The notes under the pieces: generated by a model
What the model saw: the letters and a program-made list of their open reading frames with translations, nothing else
What the model was told of the DNA's origin: nothing
The model's database searches: none
Source: Patescibacteria group bacterium
Lineage (GTDB): Bacteria; Patescibacteriota; Patescibacteriia; 2-12-FULL-57-11
DNA: 64,000 nt
Reading direction: 5' to 3'
NCBI GenBank assembly: GCA_004297205.1
Contig: SCUL01000002.1
Span: 252,594-316,593, forward strand
Shown here: piece by piece, positions 18,212-27,795 of the stretch
Layout of the letters: each line of letters opens with the position of its first letter
Position numbering within the stretch: the stretch's first letter is position 1
Made by a program: the position numbers and the translations under genes

Positions 18212-19037
18212 ACCGCCGGAATGTCTGACGCATGCGCAACAGGCCGATACGCCAATGATACCGCACGAACCTCGACCAATGTTTTATGGAGAGAACGTCG
18301 CGACCGCCGTACCGGATGCCTATTGCCACGGAGACGAGCCCGATGTGAATCCCCTTCGCCAGATTCACCAGAGCCGATTTCAGGAGCTTCCGCCGCAGAC
18401 CGCGTTGCGGTGTGACGACTTCCGCCGCGACGAGCGCCAGATACCGCTCGTCCTTGGCGCGCGCATCGGCATAGGAAGGCCACGGCGCAAGGACCGGCGC
18501 GTCCAATGAGCGCACGGGCAGGTCCTGCGGAAGCAGAATCTTCTCGTGCAGCGCCTTTTTTGGATGGAATCCCACCCCCGCCACCATCGGATACAGCCGG
18601 ATATAACGGTCCGGATACAAGAACGCATGGCGGACGACGGTGCCGTTCACGATCGCGCGGCGCGGAACGGAATACGCCGCCGGCTGTCCCGCGACGGCGG
18701 TACGGATCTGATCGCGCAACGCCTCGGACATGATCTCGTCCGAGTCGAGATCGAAAAACCACGGCTGGGTGACGAAGGTGAACAATCGGTTGCGGGTCGC
18801 GGCGAAATCCGTGATGCGCACGTTCTGTTCCGCCGACTCCACCTGCGGGACGACGCGCGCGCCGAATCGCCGGGCAATGTCCTGGGTTCCATCGGTACTG
18901 TTCCCGTCGAAGACGATGACCTCGGCGAAATCGCGCACGGACGTCAAGCAGCGCTCGAGCGTCGCCGCGGAGTTGAGCGTGAGGATGCCGACGGTGCAGG
19001 GAATCTTCGGCATGGCGGATGTCGGAGAAGTACTCAT
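18195..19037 (-). CDS. Glycosyltransferase family 2
   Basis: ILTLNS, DGNSTDGT, FAATRN, LDSDE; start 19037 (ATGA overlap) or 19013. Confidence 0.85.
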   Translation of the reverse strand: MSTSPTSAMPKIPCTVGILTLNSAATLERCLTSVRDFAEVIVFDGNSTDGTQDIARRFGARVVPQVESAEQNVRITDFAATRNRLFTFVTQPWFFDLDSDEIMSEALRDQIRTAVAGQPAAYSVPRRAIVNGTVVRHAFLYPDRYIRLYPMVAGVGFHPKKALHEKILLPQDLPVRSLDAPVLAPWPSYADARAKDERYLALVAAEVVTPQRGLRRKLLKSALVNLAKGIHIGLVSVAIGIRYGGRDVLSIKHWSRFVRYHWRIGLLRMRQTFRRYGASS

Positions 19038-19729
19038 TTGACCAGAAAAACCCGTCCTCCGTCCTGATACCACCGTAGCAAGGGGCTCATCTCTCGAGAG
19101 GAGAAGAACTCGTAGATCGCCTTGCGGCATCCTTCGAGATGATAATCGTCGAAGACGATGTAGCCGCCGGGAGACACGGAATCATACAGCATCTCAAGGC
19201 AGCACTTCGTCGACCCGTAGGTGTCTCCATCGAGATGCAGAACGGACAACTTCCCCATGCGCTCCTTCACGCCGGGGACGGAATCCTGGAACCAACCCCT
19301 GATGACCTCGAAACGCCGACGATCCGCGCCTACGGCGGTCAACGCCGCGAAAACATCCTCCTCGGTGACTGCGTAATCTCCTTTCTCCGCGCCTTTCCAG
19401 GAAGCGTCCTCCTTCGTCGGCTCCGGGAGCCCCTCAAAAGAGTCAAAGAGCCATACCCGTTTCTTCGACGCCAGCGTGTCGAGAATCTTCCCCATGACCG
19501 CACCGCACCCACCCTTCCAGCACCCGAGCTCCGCGATGTCACCCTCGATGCCGTTCCGTTCCACGGCCTCGACAACGTCCGACATCTGGCATAACGCCGT
19601 ATACGAAAGCATCGAATGGGGAAATGCCTTCCGGACGAGCGGATACCGCACGAGGCTTCCCGGATGATTGAGCAAGAAGCGCCTGTTGATACGGAAAAGA
19701 CTGAGCGTCCTTTTGGGTTTCACGAGCAT
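19034..19729 (-). CDS. TylF/MycF/NovP-family O-methyltransferase (second copy)
   Basis: ELGCWKGG, FDSFEGLP, GWF, LHLDGD.Y.ST, FDDY. Confidence 0.9.
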   Translation of the reverse strand: MLVKPKRTLSLFRINRRFLLNHPGSLVRYPLVRKAFPHSMLSYTALCQMSDVVEAVERNGIEGDIAELGCWKGGCGAVMGKILDTLASKKRVWLFDSFEGLPEPTKEDASWKGAEKGDYAVTEEDVFAALTAVGADRRRFEVIRGWFQDSVPGVKERMGKLSVLHLDGDTYGSTKCCLEMLYDSVSPGGYIVFDDYHLEGCRKAIYEFFSSREMSPLLRWYQDGGRVFLVK

Positions 19730-19735
19730 ATGGTG

Positions 19736-21175
19736 TCAGCGCTCCATCCGTGAAACAATCCGCTCGTAGGCATGCGCCCCGAACACGGCACCGGCGACGT
19801 AGTCGCGGAGGGCCGGAGTGAGATGCTGGTGCACCGGAAGGAAGATGGCGGCATTCTGCCAATAGTTTCCGCATTCGATGCCGAAACTCCGCACGAACGC
19901 GGACGTTTCCTGCATGTCCCGCTCGTCCCTCATCCGCAATACGAACGCACCCGGCGATACGCCGTCCGCCGGTGCGCCGAACAGCGCCCGCGCATCGCCA
20001 AACAGGCCGCGGTAGTATACCTCATTGGCCAACCGCGCCGCGCGCGCCTCCGGCAGCCGCGGAAGCATCTCCGCGACCGTCGGCAAAATCAGCTGTTCCT
20101 TGTTCTCATCCGCACAGCCGAACCGCTGCCAGACCTCGGCGGTTTCGAAACGCTTTCCGACGAGCAGGCCGCCGAACTGCACGGGAAAAATCTTCGGAAG
20201 CGAATAGACGGCAAAGTCACCGACGTACCCCACGCCCGCCGTCCCCCACGCATAGGCGCAATCTTCGATGAGCGGGATGCGCCGCGTGTCGGCCTCCGCA
20301 CGGAGGTCCGCGAGCGCGGGATGGGGAAAACCGAACTCGTGGATGACGAAGATCGCGCGTGTCCGCTCGGTCAACGTCCGGCTCCACCGGCACGTCTGTT
20401 CGATCGCGGAGGTGACGCAGCTGGACACGTACGGGGACTCGGTGGTCGTCCGGATGCACACCTCGTCCTCCGGTCCGATCGCCCCTTCGTCCCGCAACGA
20501 ACGGAACAGCGCATGGATCGCGTACATCCCGCGCGGGAAGAACGTCCAGGCATCCGTTCCCAGCGCCGCCGACACCGCGCCGCGCGTCGCCGCAAGGTTC
20601 GGCGGCCGTTGTCCGACCGGAAGAAGGGATCGTCCGTCGAACGGCGTGATGTCAATGCGCGGCGGAAGCACGGGCGGACGCATGATGACGGGATAGCGTT
20701 CGGTGGCGAAACTGGAGAAATACTTCTGCAGCGACGGACGGTACGATGCGCCCACGTCCAAATACCGGAAGCGCGACCCGGAGAAGGCCTCGACGATGTG
20801 CCACAACAGCACGCTCGGCACATGGTGCCGCTTCCCCTCCTCCGTCGCCGCGTGGAAATGCAGGTACAACCGGTCCGGCAGTTCGGTCACGATGATCCCG
20901 CCGGCAAGCGCGTCCCCCAGAAAAGCGAAAAACAGATGCTGGGTCGGCCGCAAACGTTCCGGCAGGTCGTCGCGGTTCGGACAGAACGGGGCGAACAGGG
21001 CGATGTCCTCGGACGTCCCCGCGCGCTTCTCGATCCGCGGCCCGTACGACTGCCCCTTGCGGATCGCGGTACGGACCCGCTTCTCAATACGCAGCCACGC
21101 CTCCTGCGGATCAAGCAGGAGGCGGCTGCCGAATATCACGAAATCTTTGGAGCGGTAGGGTTCGTACCCGGGCAT
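19736..21175 (-). CDS. Fusion of GNAT/FemAB-like acyltransferase and DegT/DnrJ/EryC1/StrS-like PLP aminotransferase
   Basis: N-terminal RTAIRK..., LLW.I...YLDVG; C-terminal IHEFG, IEDCAYA, GDFAVYSLPK..GGLL, LPVHQ. Confidence 0.7.
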   Translation of the reverse strand: MPGYEPYRSKDFVIFGSRLLLDPQEAWLRIEKRVRTAIRKGQSYGPRIEKRAGTSEDIALFAPFCPNRDDLPERLRPTQHLFFAFLGDALAGGIIVTELPDRLYLHFHAATEEGKRHHVPSVLLWHIVEAFSGSRFRYLDVGASYRPSLQKYFSSFATERYPVIMRPPVLPPRIDITPFDGRSLLPVGQRPPNLAATRGAVSAALGTDAWTFFPRGMYAIHALFRSLRDEGAIGPEDEVCIRTTTESPYVSSCVTSAIEQTCRWSRTLTERTRAIFVIHEFGFPHPALADLRAEADTRRIPLIEDCAYAWGTAGVGYVGDFAVYSLPKIFPVQFGGLLVGKRFETAEVWQRFGCADENKEQLILPTVAEMLPRLPEARAARLANEVYYRGLFGDARALFGAPADGVSPGAFVLRMRDERDMQETSAFVRSFGIECGNYWQNAAIFLPVHQHLTPALRDYVAGAVFGAHAYERIVSRMER

Positions 21176-21178
21176 ACG

Positions 21179-22198
21179 TCACGGCGACTCCGGCGCCCCC
21201 CCTGCCGCAATCGAACGTTGCGCGGCGGCGATGATGCGGACGACGTCCAGCCCGAACTGCGCGTCGGTGAGCGTCGGCGCCCCTCCCCGTGCGGCCGCGA
21301 CGAACTCTTCAAGCTCCTGGACGAGCGCTTCCTTGTTTCCCAACCAGGGGATCACCACGTCCCCGCTGCGATACACGGGTTCGAACGTCGTCTCTCCCGT
21401 CAAATCCACGTCGACCCCGTGATCGTAGACCTTCACTTTTTCGATGGGCGCGATGTCGTCGTACGCCACCATCTTGCGGCTGCCGCCGACGAGCATTTTC
21501 CGGATCTTGACCGGCGAGAGCCAGCTTGCATGCACGTGGGCAACGATGTCGTTCGGATAGCGCAACAACAGATGCGCAACCTCCGACCGGGGCGAGGACG
21601 TCTTGCGCGTGACGTAGGCCGAACCCAACGCGGATACGCGCTCCGGCATGACGCCGAGCAGATACTGAAAGATGGAAAGGTCATGCGCGGCAAGGTCTGC
21701 GATCACGTCCACGTCCGGCTGAATCAGGCCGAGGTTGATGCGTTCCGAGTCGAGGTACCGGATGACGCCCAGGTCGCCCGCCGTGACGAGTTCCTTCAGG
21801 CGACGCACGGCGGGGGTGTACAAAAAGGTGTGGTCCACGTGCAGCACGCGTCCCCGGGAGGCGGCGAGCGTGACGAGCTCCTCCGCTTCCTGCACGGTCG
21901 CCGTCATCGGTTTTTCCACCCAGACATGCTTCCCTGCCGCGAGCGCCGCGCGGCACAAGGCGGCGTGGGTCGTGACCGGCGTCGCGATCAGCACCGCATC
22001 CACGTCGGGCGCGTCAAACACGGCCGCGGCATCGGTTTCGACGCGGACGTGCGGCGCCCCACGCTGCACGGCGGCAAGCGCTTCGGGCCGGCGGTCGCAC
22101 ACGGCGATCAGACGCGCCTCGGGGGCGGCGAGGGCGACGCGGACGAGGTTCTTTCCCCAGTACCCGGCGCCGATGATGGCGATGCGGAGCGGTTCCAT
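21179..22198 (-). CDS. Gfo/Idh/MocA oxidoreductase (NDP-sugar 3-dehydrogenase, WbpB/WlbA-like)
   Basis: IGAGYWG, IATP..TH, VEKP, DLA.HD, SWLSP.K.R. Confidence 0.88.
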   Translation of the reverse strand: MEPLRIAIIGAGYWGKNLVRVALAAPEARLIAVCDRRPEALAAVQRGAPHVRVETDAAAVFDAPDVDAVLIATPVTTHAALCRAALAAGKHVWVEKPMTATVQEAEELVTLAASRGRVLHVDHTFLYTPAVRRLKELVTAGDLGVIRYLDSERINLGLIQPDVDVIADLAAHDLSIFQYLLGVMPERVSALGSAYVTRKTSSPRSEVAHLLLRYPNDIVAHVHASWLSPVKIRKMLVGGSRKMVAYDDIAPIEKVKVYDHGVDVDLTGETTFEPVYRSGDVVIPWLGNKEALVQELEEFVAAARGGAPTLTDAQFGLDVVRIIAAAQRSIAAGGAPESP

Positions 22199-22203
22199 AG
22201 GGG

Positions 22204-22938
22204 TCAACGCCGGCGTCCGGCCAGGACGTATAATTCGGCCGCCAACCGCGGGTCAAGCTGGGTGCCCACGGACCCGAATGCGGCGACCATCTCCGCCGGC
22301 AGGCGTTCCATGCGTCCGTTGGGGAACGGTTTGAGGAACAATCCGCCCGCGGCGCGGATACCGAGCCCCGCGGCGCGCACGTCCCGTTGCAACGAATCGA
22401 AGTCGTACACCTTCCGATGTCCGAAGAGCGCCACGTCCCGTTGGCTCAAGGCGTGCTCATCGCGGATCAGGCCCATGGCCTTGCCGATGCGGCGGTGGAG
22501 CGAATAGGCGTTGTGCGAGGTGATGTAGATGACGCCGCCACGAGTGAGCCATGCGGACGCGCGCCGCAGAAACGCGACCGGCCGCGGCAGCGCGGGAAGC
22601 ACGCCGGAAAGGACGATGGTGTCATACCGGCGATCCGGCTGGAAATCCTGAAACAGGGAGGCGTAATAACGCACGTGTCCCTTCCTGCGCGGGGCGACCC
22701 GCGCCAGGAGACGACGGACGCTGCGGATGTACTCCTCGGACGCGTCAACGACGTCGAGTCTGTGCGCCCGCGGCACCAGGAGACGCGTCATCAACCCCAT
22801 CGCACACCCCAACTCCAAGGTCGTCCCGAACCGCGGGCGCAGCTCGGCGAGTTTGTCGAACTTGTACGCCAGCAGCACCCGGTCGAAGTCCTTCCGGTTG
22901 TCGTATCGGCGGGCGTAGGATCCGAAGTCGGTCGGCAT
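22204..22938 (-). CDS. Class I SAM-dependent methyltransferase
   Basis: LELGCAMG, VDAS, YDTI, N..SLHRRIG..MG, LKP; start at ATG 22938. Confidence 0.8.
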   Translation of the reverse strand: MPTDFGSYARRYDNRKDFDRVLLAYKFDKLAELRPRFGTTLELGCAMGLMTRLLVPRAHRLDVVDASEEYIRSVRRLLARVAPRRKGHVRYYASLFQDFQPDRRYDTIVLSGVLPALPRPVAFLRRASAWLTRGGVIYITSHNAYSLHRRIGKAMGLIRDEHALSQRDVALFGHRKVYDFDSLQRDVRAAGLGIRAAGGLFLKPFPNGRMERLPAEMVAAFGSVGTQLDPRLAAELYVLAGRRR

Positions 22939-22940
22939 AT

Positions 22941-24068
22941 TCAATGCGTCGCGAAATCGCGGATGGCGGCGACCACCTCGTCGACGTGCGTGTCCGGCAA
23001 TTCCGGATAGATCGGCAACGAGAGGATGTCCCCCGCGAGCGCCTCGGCACGCGGCAGCGACCCCTGTCCCTTGCCGGAATCCGCGTACGCCTTCTGCAGA
23101 TGGATCGGATACGGATAATGGATGCCGGTCTCGATCCCGGCGGCGGCGAGGTGGGCGGCCAGCGCGTCCCGGCGCGTCGAGCGGATCACGTACAAATGGT
23201 AGACGTGCTCGTTGCCCGGAACGACCCGCATCGGCCGAATGTCCGGCAGGTGCGCGAATGCCGCGTCGTACCGCGCGGCAATGGCGCGGCGGCGCGCGTT
23301 CCACGCGTCGAGATGCGGAAGTTTGACGGAGAGCACCGCGCCCTGGATGCCGTGCATGCGCGCGTTGAATCCGACCAGGTCATGGACGTATTTCCGGGGC
23401 ATGCCGTGATTGCGCAGCAGGCGGAGGCGCGCCGCAAGCTCCTCGTCGTTCGTGACCACCGCGCCGGCTTCTCCGGCGGCGCCGAGATTCTTCCCGGGAT
23501 AGAAGCTGAACGCGGCGGCTTTCCCGACCGACCCCGCGCGCTTCCCGTCTTGGCGCGCTCCGTGCGCTTGGCAGGCGTCCTCAAACACGGCGATGCCGCG
23601 GGGTTCCGCGACGGCGGCCACCTCGCGCATGGGGGCCATCTGTCCGTACAAGTGGACGGGAACGACCGCTTTTGTCTTCTCCGTCAACGCGGCCGCGACG
23701 GCGGACGGATCGATCAAACCCGTATCCGCGTCGCAGTCGACGAACACCGGCGTCGCCCCCGCCCGGCACACCGCCTCCGCGGTGGCAACGAACGTGTTGG
23801 CCGGCACGATGACCTCGTCGCCCGGACCGATGCCGGCCGCGGTGAACAGGAGAATCAACGCGTTCGTCCCGTTGGTCACGCCGACGGCATGTTTCACGCC
23901 GCAATAGGCCGCAAAGGACTCTTCGAAACGCGCCACGGCCGGACCCAGAACGAAACGGGATTCCTCGAACACCCCTTCGATCGCGCGGTGGATGTCATCG
24001 CGGATGGTGAGGTACTGCGCGTGGAGGTCCAAAAACGGGATGCGTGCGGGCGAAGGGACGGAATTCAT
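22941..24068 (-). CDS. DegT/DnrJ/EryC1/StrS family aminotransferase
   Basis: IPFLDL, NGT, VHLYGQ, EDACQAHG, FSFYPGKNLG..GE.G, GIHYP, LSLP. Confidence 0.93.
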   Translation of the reverse strand: MNSVPSPARIPFLDLHAQYLTIRDDIHRAIEGVFEESRFVLGPAVARFEESFAAYCGVKHAVGVTNGTNALILLFTAAGIGPGDEVIVPANTFVATAEAVCRAGATPVFVDCDADTGLIDPSAVAAALTEKTKAVVPVHLYGQMAPMREVAAVAEPRGIAVFEDACQAHGARQDGKRAGSVGKAAAFSFYPGKNLGAAGEAGAVVTNDEELAARLRLLRNHGMPRKYVHDLVGFNARMHGIQGAVLSVKLPHLDAWNARRRAIAARYDAAFAHLPDIRPMRVVPGNEHVYHLYVIRSTRRDALAAHLAAAGIETGIHYPYPIHLQKAYADSGKGQGSLPRAEALAGDILSLPIYPELPDTHVDEVVAAIRDFATH

Positions 24069-24076
24069 AAGATGCG

Positions 24077-24105
24077 ATCATAGCCGAGAAAGGCGCGGAA
24101 AGCAA
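24077..24105 (-). promoter_or_regulatory. Candidate internal sigma70 promoter (near-leaderless)
   Basis: Minus strand TTGCTT-17bp-TATGAT, 8 nt upstream of ATG 24068. Confidence 0.55.
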
Positions 24106-24128
24106 GACGCGCGGCCCGATGCGGAACT

Positions 24129-24932
24129 TCAGCCGGCGGCCGGCGGTTTACGGCCTGCGGCGTAGATGAAATCCCCCCAGCGCGGCGAGAGCAGCGATGC
24201 GGCCTGAAAAAAGACGTGGTGCATCTTGCGCGGATTGCGCAGCCAGCGCCACCGGAAATACCCGGGCCGCGCCACGACGGAGACGGGAACGAAACCGCTC
24301 CAGGCGAGCATGGCCCGGCACTCGGCGACCGTGAACTCGCGGACATGGCCGGTGAAATCCGTGCCCGCGTCAAAATAGTCCTTGATGTCCCAGTTCGGCG
24401 ACCGGCCGAGCACGAACCGGACGCGCTTCAACAGCGACGCGATGTTCGGCGTGGAGAAGACGAAGTGTCCGCCCGGCGCGAGCACACGGAAGGCCTCGGC
24501 GAACACCTGCTTGTGGATGCCATGGAAATGTTCGATCGCCGCGTGGCAGGTCACCAGATCGAAACTGCGGTCCGGAAACGGGAACGGGTCGGCCAGATCG
24601 TGCGCGAGCACGCGCACGCCTTCCGCCTGCCAGACGCGGGCGAGGCCGGCATGCGTTGCCGTGTCGTGACGGAACGGACTCTCCCCGCTCTCGGGAAAAA
24701 TGAATTTATCAAGACCGACGGCTTCGCTCGCGCCGGCGCGCCTGGCGGCAACGAGGTGGATGCCGACGGACGAACCGAGTTCGAGCACGCGTTTCCCCGC
24801 GTAGCCGCCGGCGACGCGGTCCGCGAAGGCCATGGCACGCACCAGACGGAACTCCTCGATGCGTTCCCGTTCGGCAGGCGCGCCCAAGACGCGGTACGCC
24901 TCGCCGACGAAACGGGAAAAATCGGTTGTCAT
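24129..24932 (-). CDS. Class I SAM-dependent methyltransferase
   Basis: VLELGSSVG, FDLV...IEH, RVLAPGG...STPN, H.REFT. Confidence 0.85.
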   Translation of the reverse strand: MTTDFSRFVGEAYRVLGAPAERERIEEFRLVRAMAFADRVAGGYAGKRVLELGSSVGIHLVAARRAGASEAVGLDKFIFPESGESPFRHDTATHAGLARVWQAEGVRVLAHDLADPFPFPDRSFDLVTCHAAIEHFHGIHKQVFAEAFRVLAPGGHFVFSTPNIASLLKRVRFVLGRSPNWDIKDYFDAGTDFTGHVREFTVAECRAMLAWSGFVPVSVVARPGYFRWRWLRNPRKMHHVFFQAASLLSPRWGDFIYAAGRKPPAAG

Positions 24933-24935
24933 ACG

Positions 24936-26780
24936 TCAAGCAAGATAGGCCCGATACCAGGCCTGGAACGTCATCACCGCCCACACCTGCGTGAGGCCGT
25001 AGGCGCGCTGGGCGACGTGGTCGTCGAGCATCGTTCGTGCGGCGGCCAGGTCGATCCACTCCCCGCTCCCCGGCGCGTAGCCGTCGGAGAGCAGTTCCCG
25101 CGCGAGCGGCAGCAGGTCGCCGCGCAGCCACTTGGACGCCGGCGAAAAGAACCCCCGCTTTTTCTGACGCGCCACGAACGGCGGAATGACGTCGGCAAAG
25201 GCCGCGCGCAACACGCGTTTGCCGAGCGTCCTGCTCCCGAGCTTGCGGCGCGACGGAATGCGGAAGGCGAGCTCCGCGAGCATCGGGTCCAAGAGCGGCA
25301 CGCGCTGTTCGAGCCCGTGTGCCATGGTCATCTTGTCCGTTCGCATGAGCGATTCGTCCGGCAGCCACGTTCGCGCGTCCACGGCCATGATCTGGTTGAC
25401 GCCGTCCTTCCACGGCGCGGCGAACAACGGCGCAAAGTGCCGGCGCGCGGCCTGCGCATCGTTGACGCCGGGCGGCAGCAGCCGTCCGACGCGCTCCTCT
25501 TTCTGCGCCATGAATGCCAAGAACCGTTCGAGGCCCGACGCCAGCGCAGCCTTCTCAGCCAGCGATTCGGCGCGCGCCAGCCGTCCGACGGCGCGCAGCA
25601 CCGACGGATGCCGGAGCATGCCCGGAAGCTGGTCGATCCGGCCGAGCATGGCGTGATACCAGTACCGATCGTACCCGCCGAACAGCTCGTCGCCGCCGTC
25701 GCCGCCCAAGGCCACGGTGATGTGCGGCTTGGCGTATTTCGCAAGGAGATAGGTGGATGGCTGGACATGGTTGGAAACCGGCTCGTCCATGTGCCGGACG
25801 ACCTCCTCGAACACCGCGGCCACGTCACGTCCGGAAATGCGCAGCGCGTGATGGTCGGTGCCGAAGTGCGCGGCGGTACGCGCCGCCACGTCGAAATCCG
25901 CGTTGTATTTCTCCGCTTCGGCCGTAGCCTCGTAGCCGACGGAAAACGTCTTGATCGCGCCCGTCGCCTGCTGCCGCATGGACCCAAGCACGATCGTGGA
26001 ATCGATGCCGCCGGAGAGGAACACGCCGAGCGGACGGTCGGAGACGAGTTGGCGGTGCACCGCGGCATCCACGCCGGCACGCACGGCGGGAACGGTCTCT
26101 TGATCCGGCAACGGCTCCCCTTCCTTGATTTCCCAAAAAGGCCGCTCGGCGAACGCGTCGCCGCGCAGCGTCGCCACGTGACCCGGCTGCAGCTTGCGGA
26201 TGCCGGCGAACATGGTCCGCGGTCCCGGCACGTACAAGAAGCGGAAGTACAAGTTGAGCGCTTCCGGATCAACGCGCCGTTCCACGTCGCGGTGCGCGAG
26301 GATGCCTTTGATCTCCGACGAGAACAGCAGCCGCTTCCCATCCCAACGGTAATACAGCGGCTTCACGCCGAGATGGTCGCGCGCGAGCGTCAGCGTCCGC
26401 GTATCGCGGTCCCAGATGCCGAAGGCGAAGATGCCGTTCAACTTGCGGAGGCCGTCGATGCCCTCGCGTGCAAACAATGCCAGGAGCACCTCGGTGTCCG
26501 ACTGCGAACGAAAACGCGCGCCGCCGCGTTCAAGATCGGCGCGCACCTCCTTATAGTTATAGATCTCGCCGTTGAAAACGATGATGAACCGTCCGTCCGC
26601 GGTGGCCATCGGCTGACGGCCGAGCGGCGAGAGGTCGATGATGGACAGCCGGTTGTGCGCGAGCGAGACGCCGTCCTGCTCGAAGAACCCTTCGTCGTCC
26701 GGACCGCGGTGGCGCGTGGCCGCGTGCATGCGGCGCAAGGCGTCGGGATCGGAAAAGGAGAAGCCGTTGATGCCGCACAT
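24936..26780 (-). CDS. asnB: Asparagine synthase (glutamine-hydrolysing) family amidotransferase, probably amidating a uronic acid
   Basis: MCGI, HRGPD, RLSIIDL, FNGEIYN, ARD..GVKPLYY, LSGGIDS, GDGGDELFGGY, K.GF. Confidence 0.93.
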   Translation of the reverse strand: MCGINGFSFSDPDALRRMHAATRHRGPDDEGFFEQDGVSLAHNRLSIIDLSPLGRQPMATADGRFIIVFNGEIYNYKEVRADLERGGARFRSQSDTEVLLALFAREGIDGLRKLNGIFAFGIWDRDTRTLTLARDHLGVKPLYYRWDGKRLLFSSEIKGILAHRDVERRVDPEALNLYFRFLYVPGPRTMFAGIRKLQPGHVATLRGDAFAERPFWEIKEGEPLPDQETVPAVRAGVDAAVHRQLVSDRPLGVFLSGGIDSTIVLGSMRQQATGAIKTFSVGYEATAEAEKYNADFDVAARTAAHFGTDHHALRISGRDVAAVFEEVVRHMDEPVSNHVQPSTYLLAKYAKPHITVALGGDGGDELFGGYDRYWYHAMLGRIDQLPGMLRHPSVLRAVGRLARAESLAEKAALASGLERFLAFMAQKEERVGRLLPPGVNDAQAARRHFAPLFAAPWKDGVNQIMAVDARTWLPDESLMRTDKMTMAHGLEQRVPLLDPMLAELAFRIPSRRKLGSRTLGKRVLRAAFADVIPPFVARQKKRGFFSPASKWLRGDLLPLARELLSDGYAPGSGEWIDLAAARTMLDDHVAQRAYGLTQVWAVMTFQAWYRAYLA

Positions 26781-26781
26781 A

Positions 26782-27795
26782 TCAATTTCCCGGACGGATG
26801 TAGGCCGCCATCTTTTCGACGAGCGCGTCGAGGCCGTGCTTCTCCCGGACGATGCGGCGCAGGTCCTCGCGCGGCGTCGGCGTGAGCGCGCGGATGTAGG
26901 CGGCGACCGCCTCCGGCGTATCGTCGGCCGGCGCGCCCGGATACCCGATGGCCAGCGCGTGGCCGCGCGTGATGACCGGCGTGACGCCGCAGAACATGGC
27001 TTCGACGACGGTCTTGTCGACCGTATCCGGCACCATGTTCACGAGCACCTGGAAACGCGGATAGACGGAACGGAGCTCCGGCATCGGCACCGACCCCATG
27101 AAACGCACACGGCCTTTGAGCGCCGGCGATTCGGCGAGCGCGCGGAGTTCTTCGGCGTAGGCCGGATCCTGGCGCGGATCGAGCGGGCGGCCGTAGTGCG
27201 TCAGCGTGTATTCCGGCGGCAGGAGCGCCAGCGCCTTGAGCGTGATCTCCATGCGCTTGGAGCGCGAAATGCGGTGGACGGCCAGCAGGTGCGTGGCCGG
27301 CTCGCGCGCGGGCGGTTCCGGCACGTCCCAGAAGGCGGTGTCCACGCCGTGGCCGGTGACGACTTTGCGCGGATCGCCCTCGTACTGCGGCAGGCAGTCC
27401 TTCGTTGCGGCGAACATGCGCTTCACGATCTTGTCGCCGATCTTCAGGGAAAGCGGGCGCGTGTAGTGCGTGTACCAAAGGTACGTCGGGGTGCGGCGCA
27501 GGAACCAGTACCAGGCGCCGGCAGCCAGCCAGCGCGGATTCATGTGCACGAAGACGCGGTCGTGCGGAACGGTCAGCAGGATGCGTTGGAACTCGAGGAA
27601 CGACCGCCAGGTGGGCCAGCCCTTTTCCCGGCCCAGCGAGTGCACAGGAAACGGCAGGCTGTGCTCGCGCACCTCAAGCGCAATCACGGTCACGGCAAAG
27701 CCCGCCCGCGCAAAGGCCTTGGCCCAGAGGCTCGTGAACGCGAAGTCGTCGTCGCGTTCGTGGATCTTCGGGGTGATGAAGAGCAGGCGCAGCAT
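26782..27795 (-). CDS. Glycosyltransferase family 4
   Basis: FVHM, LWY.H, GHGVD, RIS.SK, DK..VEAM..G; start at ATG 27795. Confidence 0.8.
   Translation of the reverse strand: MLRLLFITPKIHERDDDFAFTSLWAKAFARAGFAVTVIALEVREHSLPFPVHSLGREKGWPTWRSFLEFQRILLTVPHDRVFVHMNPRWLAAGAWYWFLRRTPTYLWYTHYTRPLSLKIGDKIVKRMFAATKDCLPQYEGDPRKVVTGHGVDTAFWDVPEPPAREPATHLLAVHRISRSKRMEITLKALALLPPEYTLTHYGRPLDPRQDPAYAEELRALAESPALKGRVRFMGSVPMPELRSVYPRFQVLVNMVPDTVDKTVVEAMFCGVTPVITRGHALAIGYPGAPADDTPEAVAAYIRALTPTPREDLRRIVREKHGLDALVEKMAAYIRPGN

Noticed and set aside
24936-26780. AsnB as a lasso-peptide cyclase or housekeeping asparagine synthetase
   Set aside because: Intact N-terminal Cys glutaminase domain, no precursor or B protein, and glycan-cluster context point to sugar amidation.
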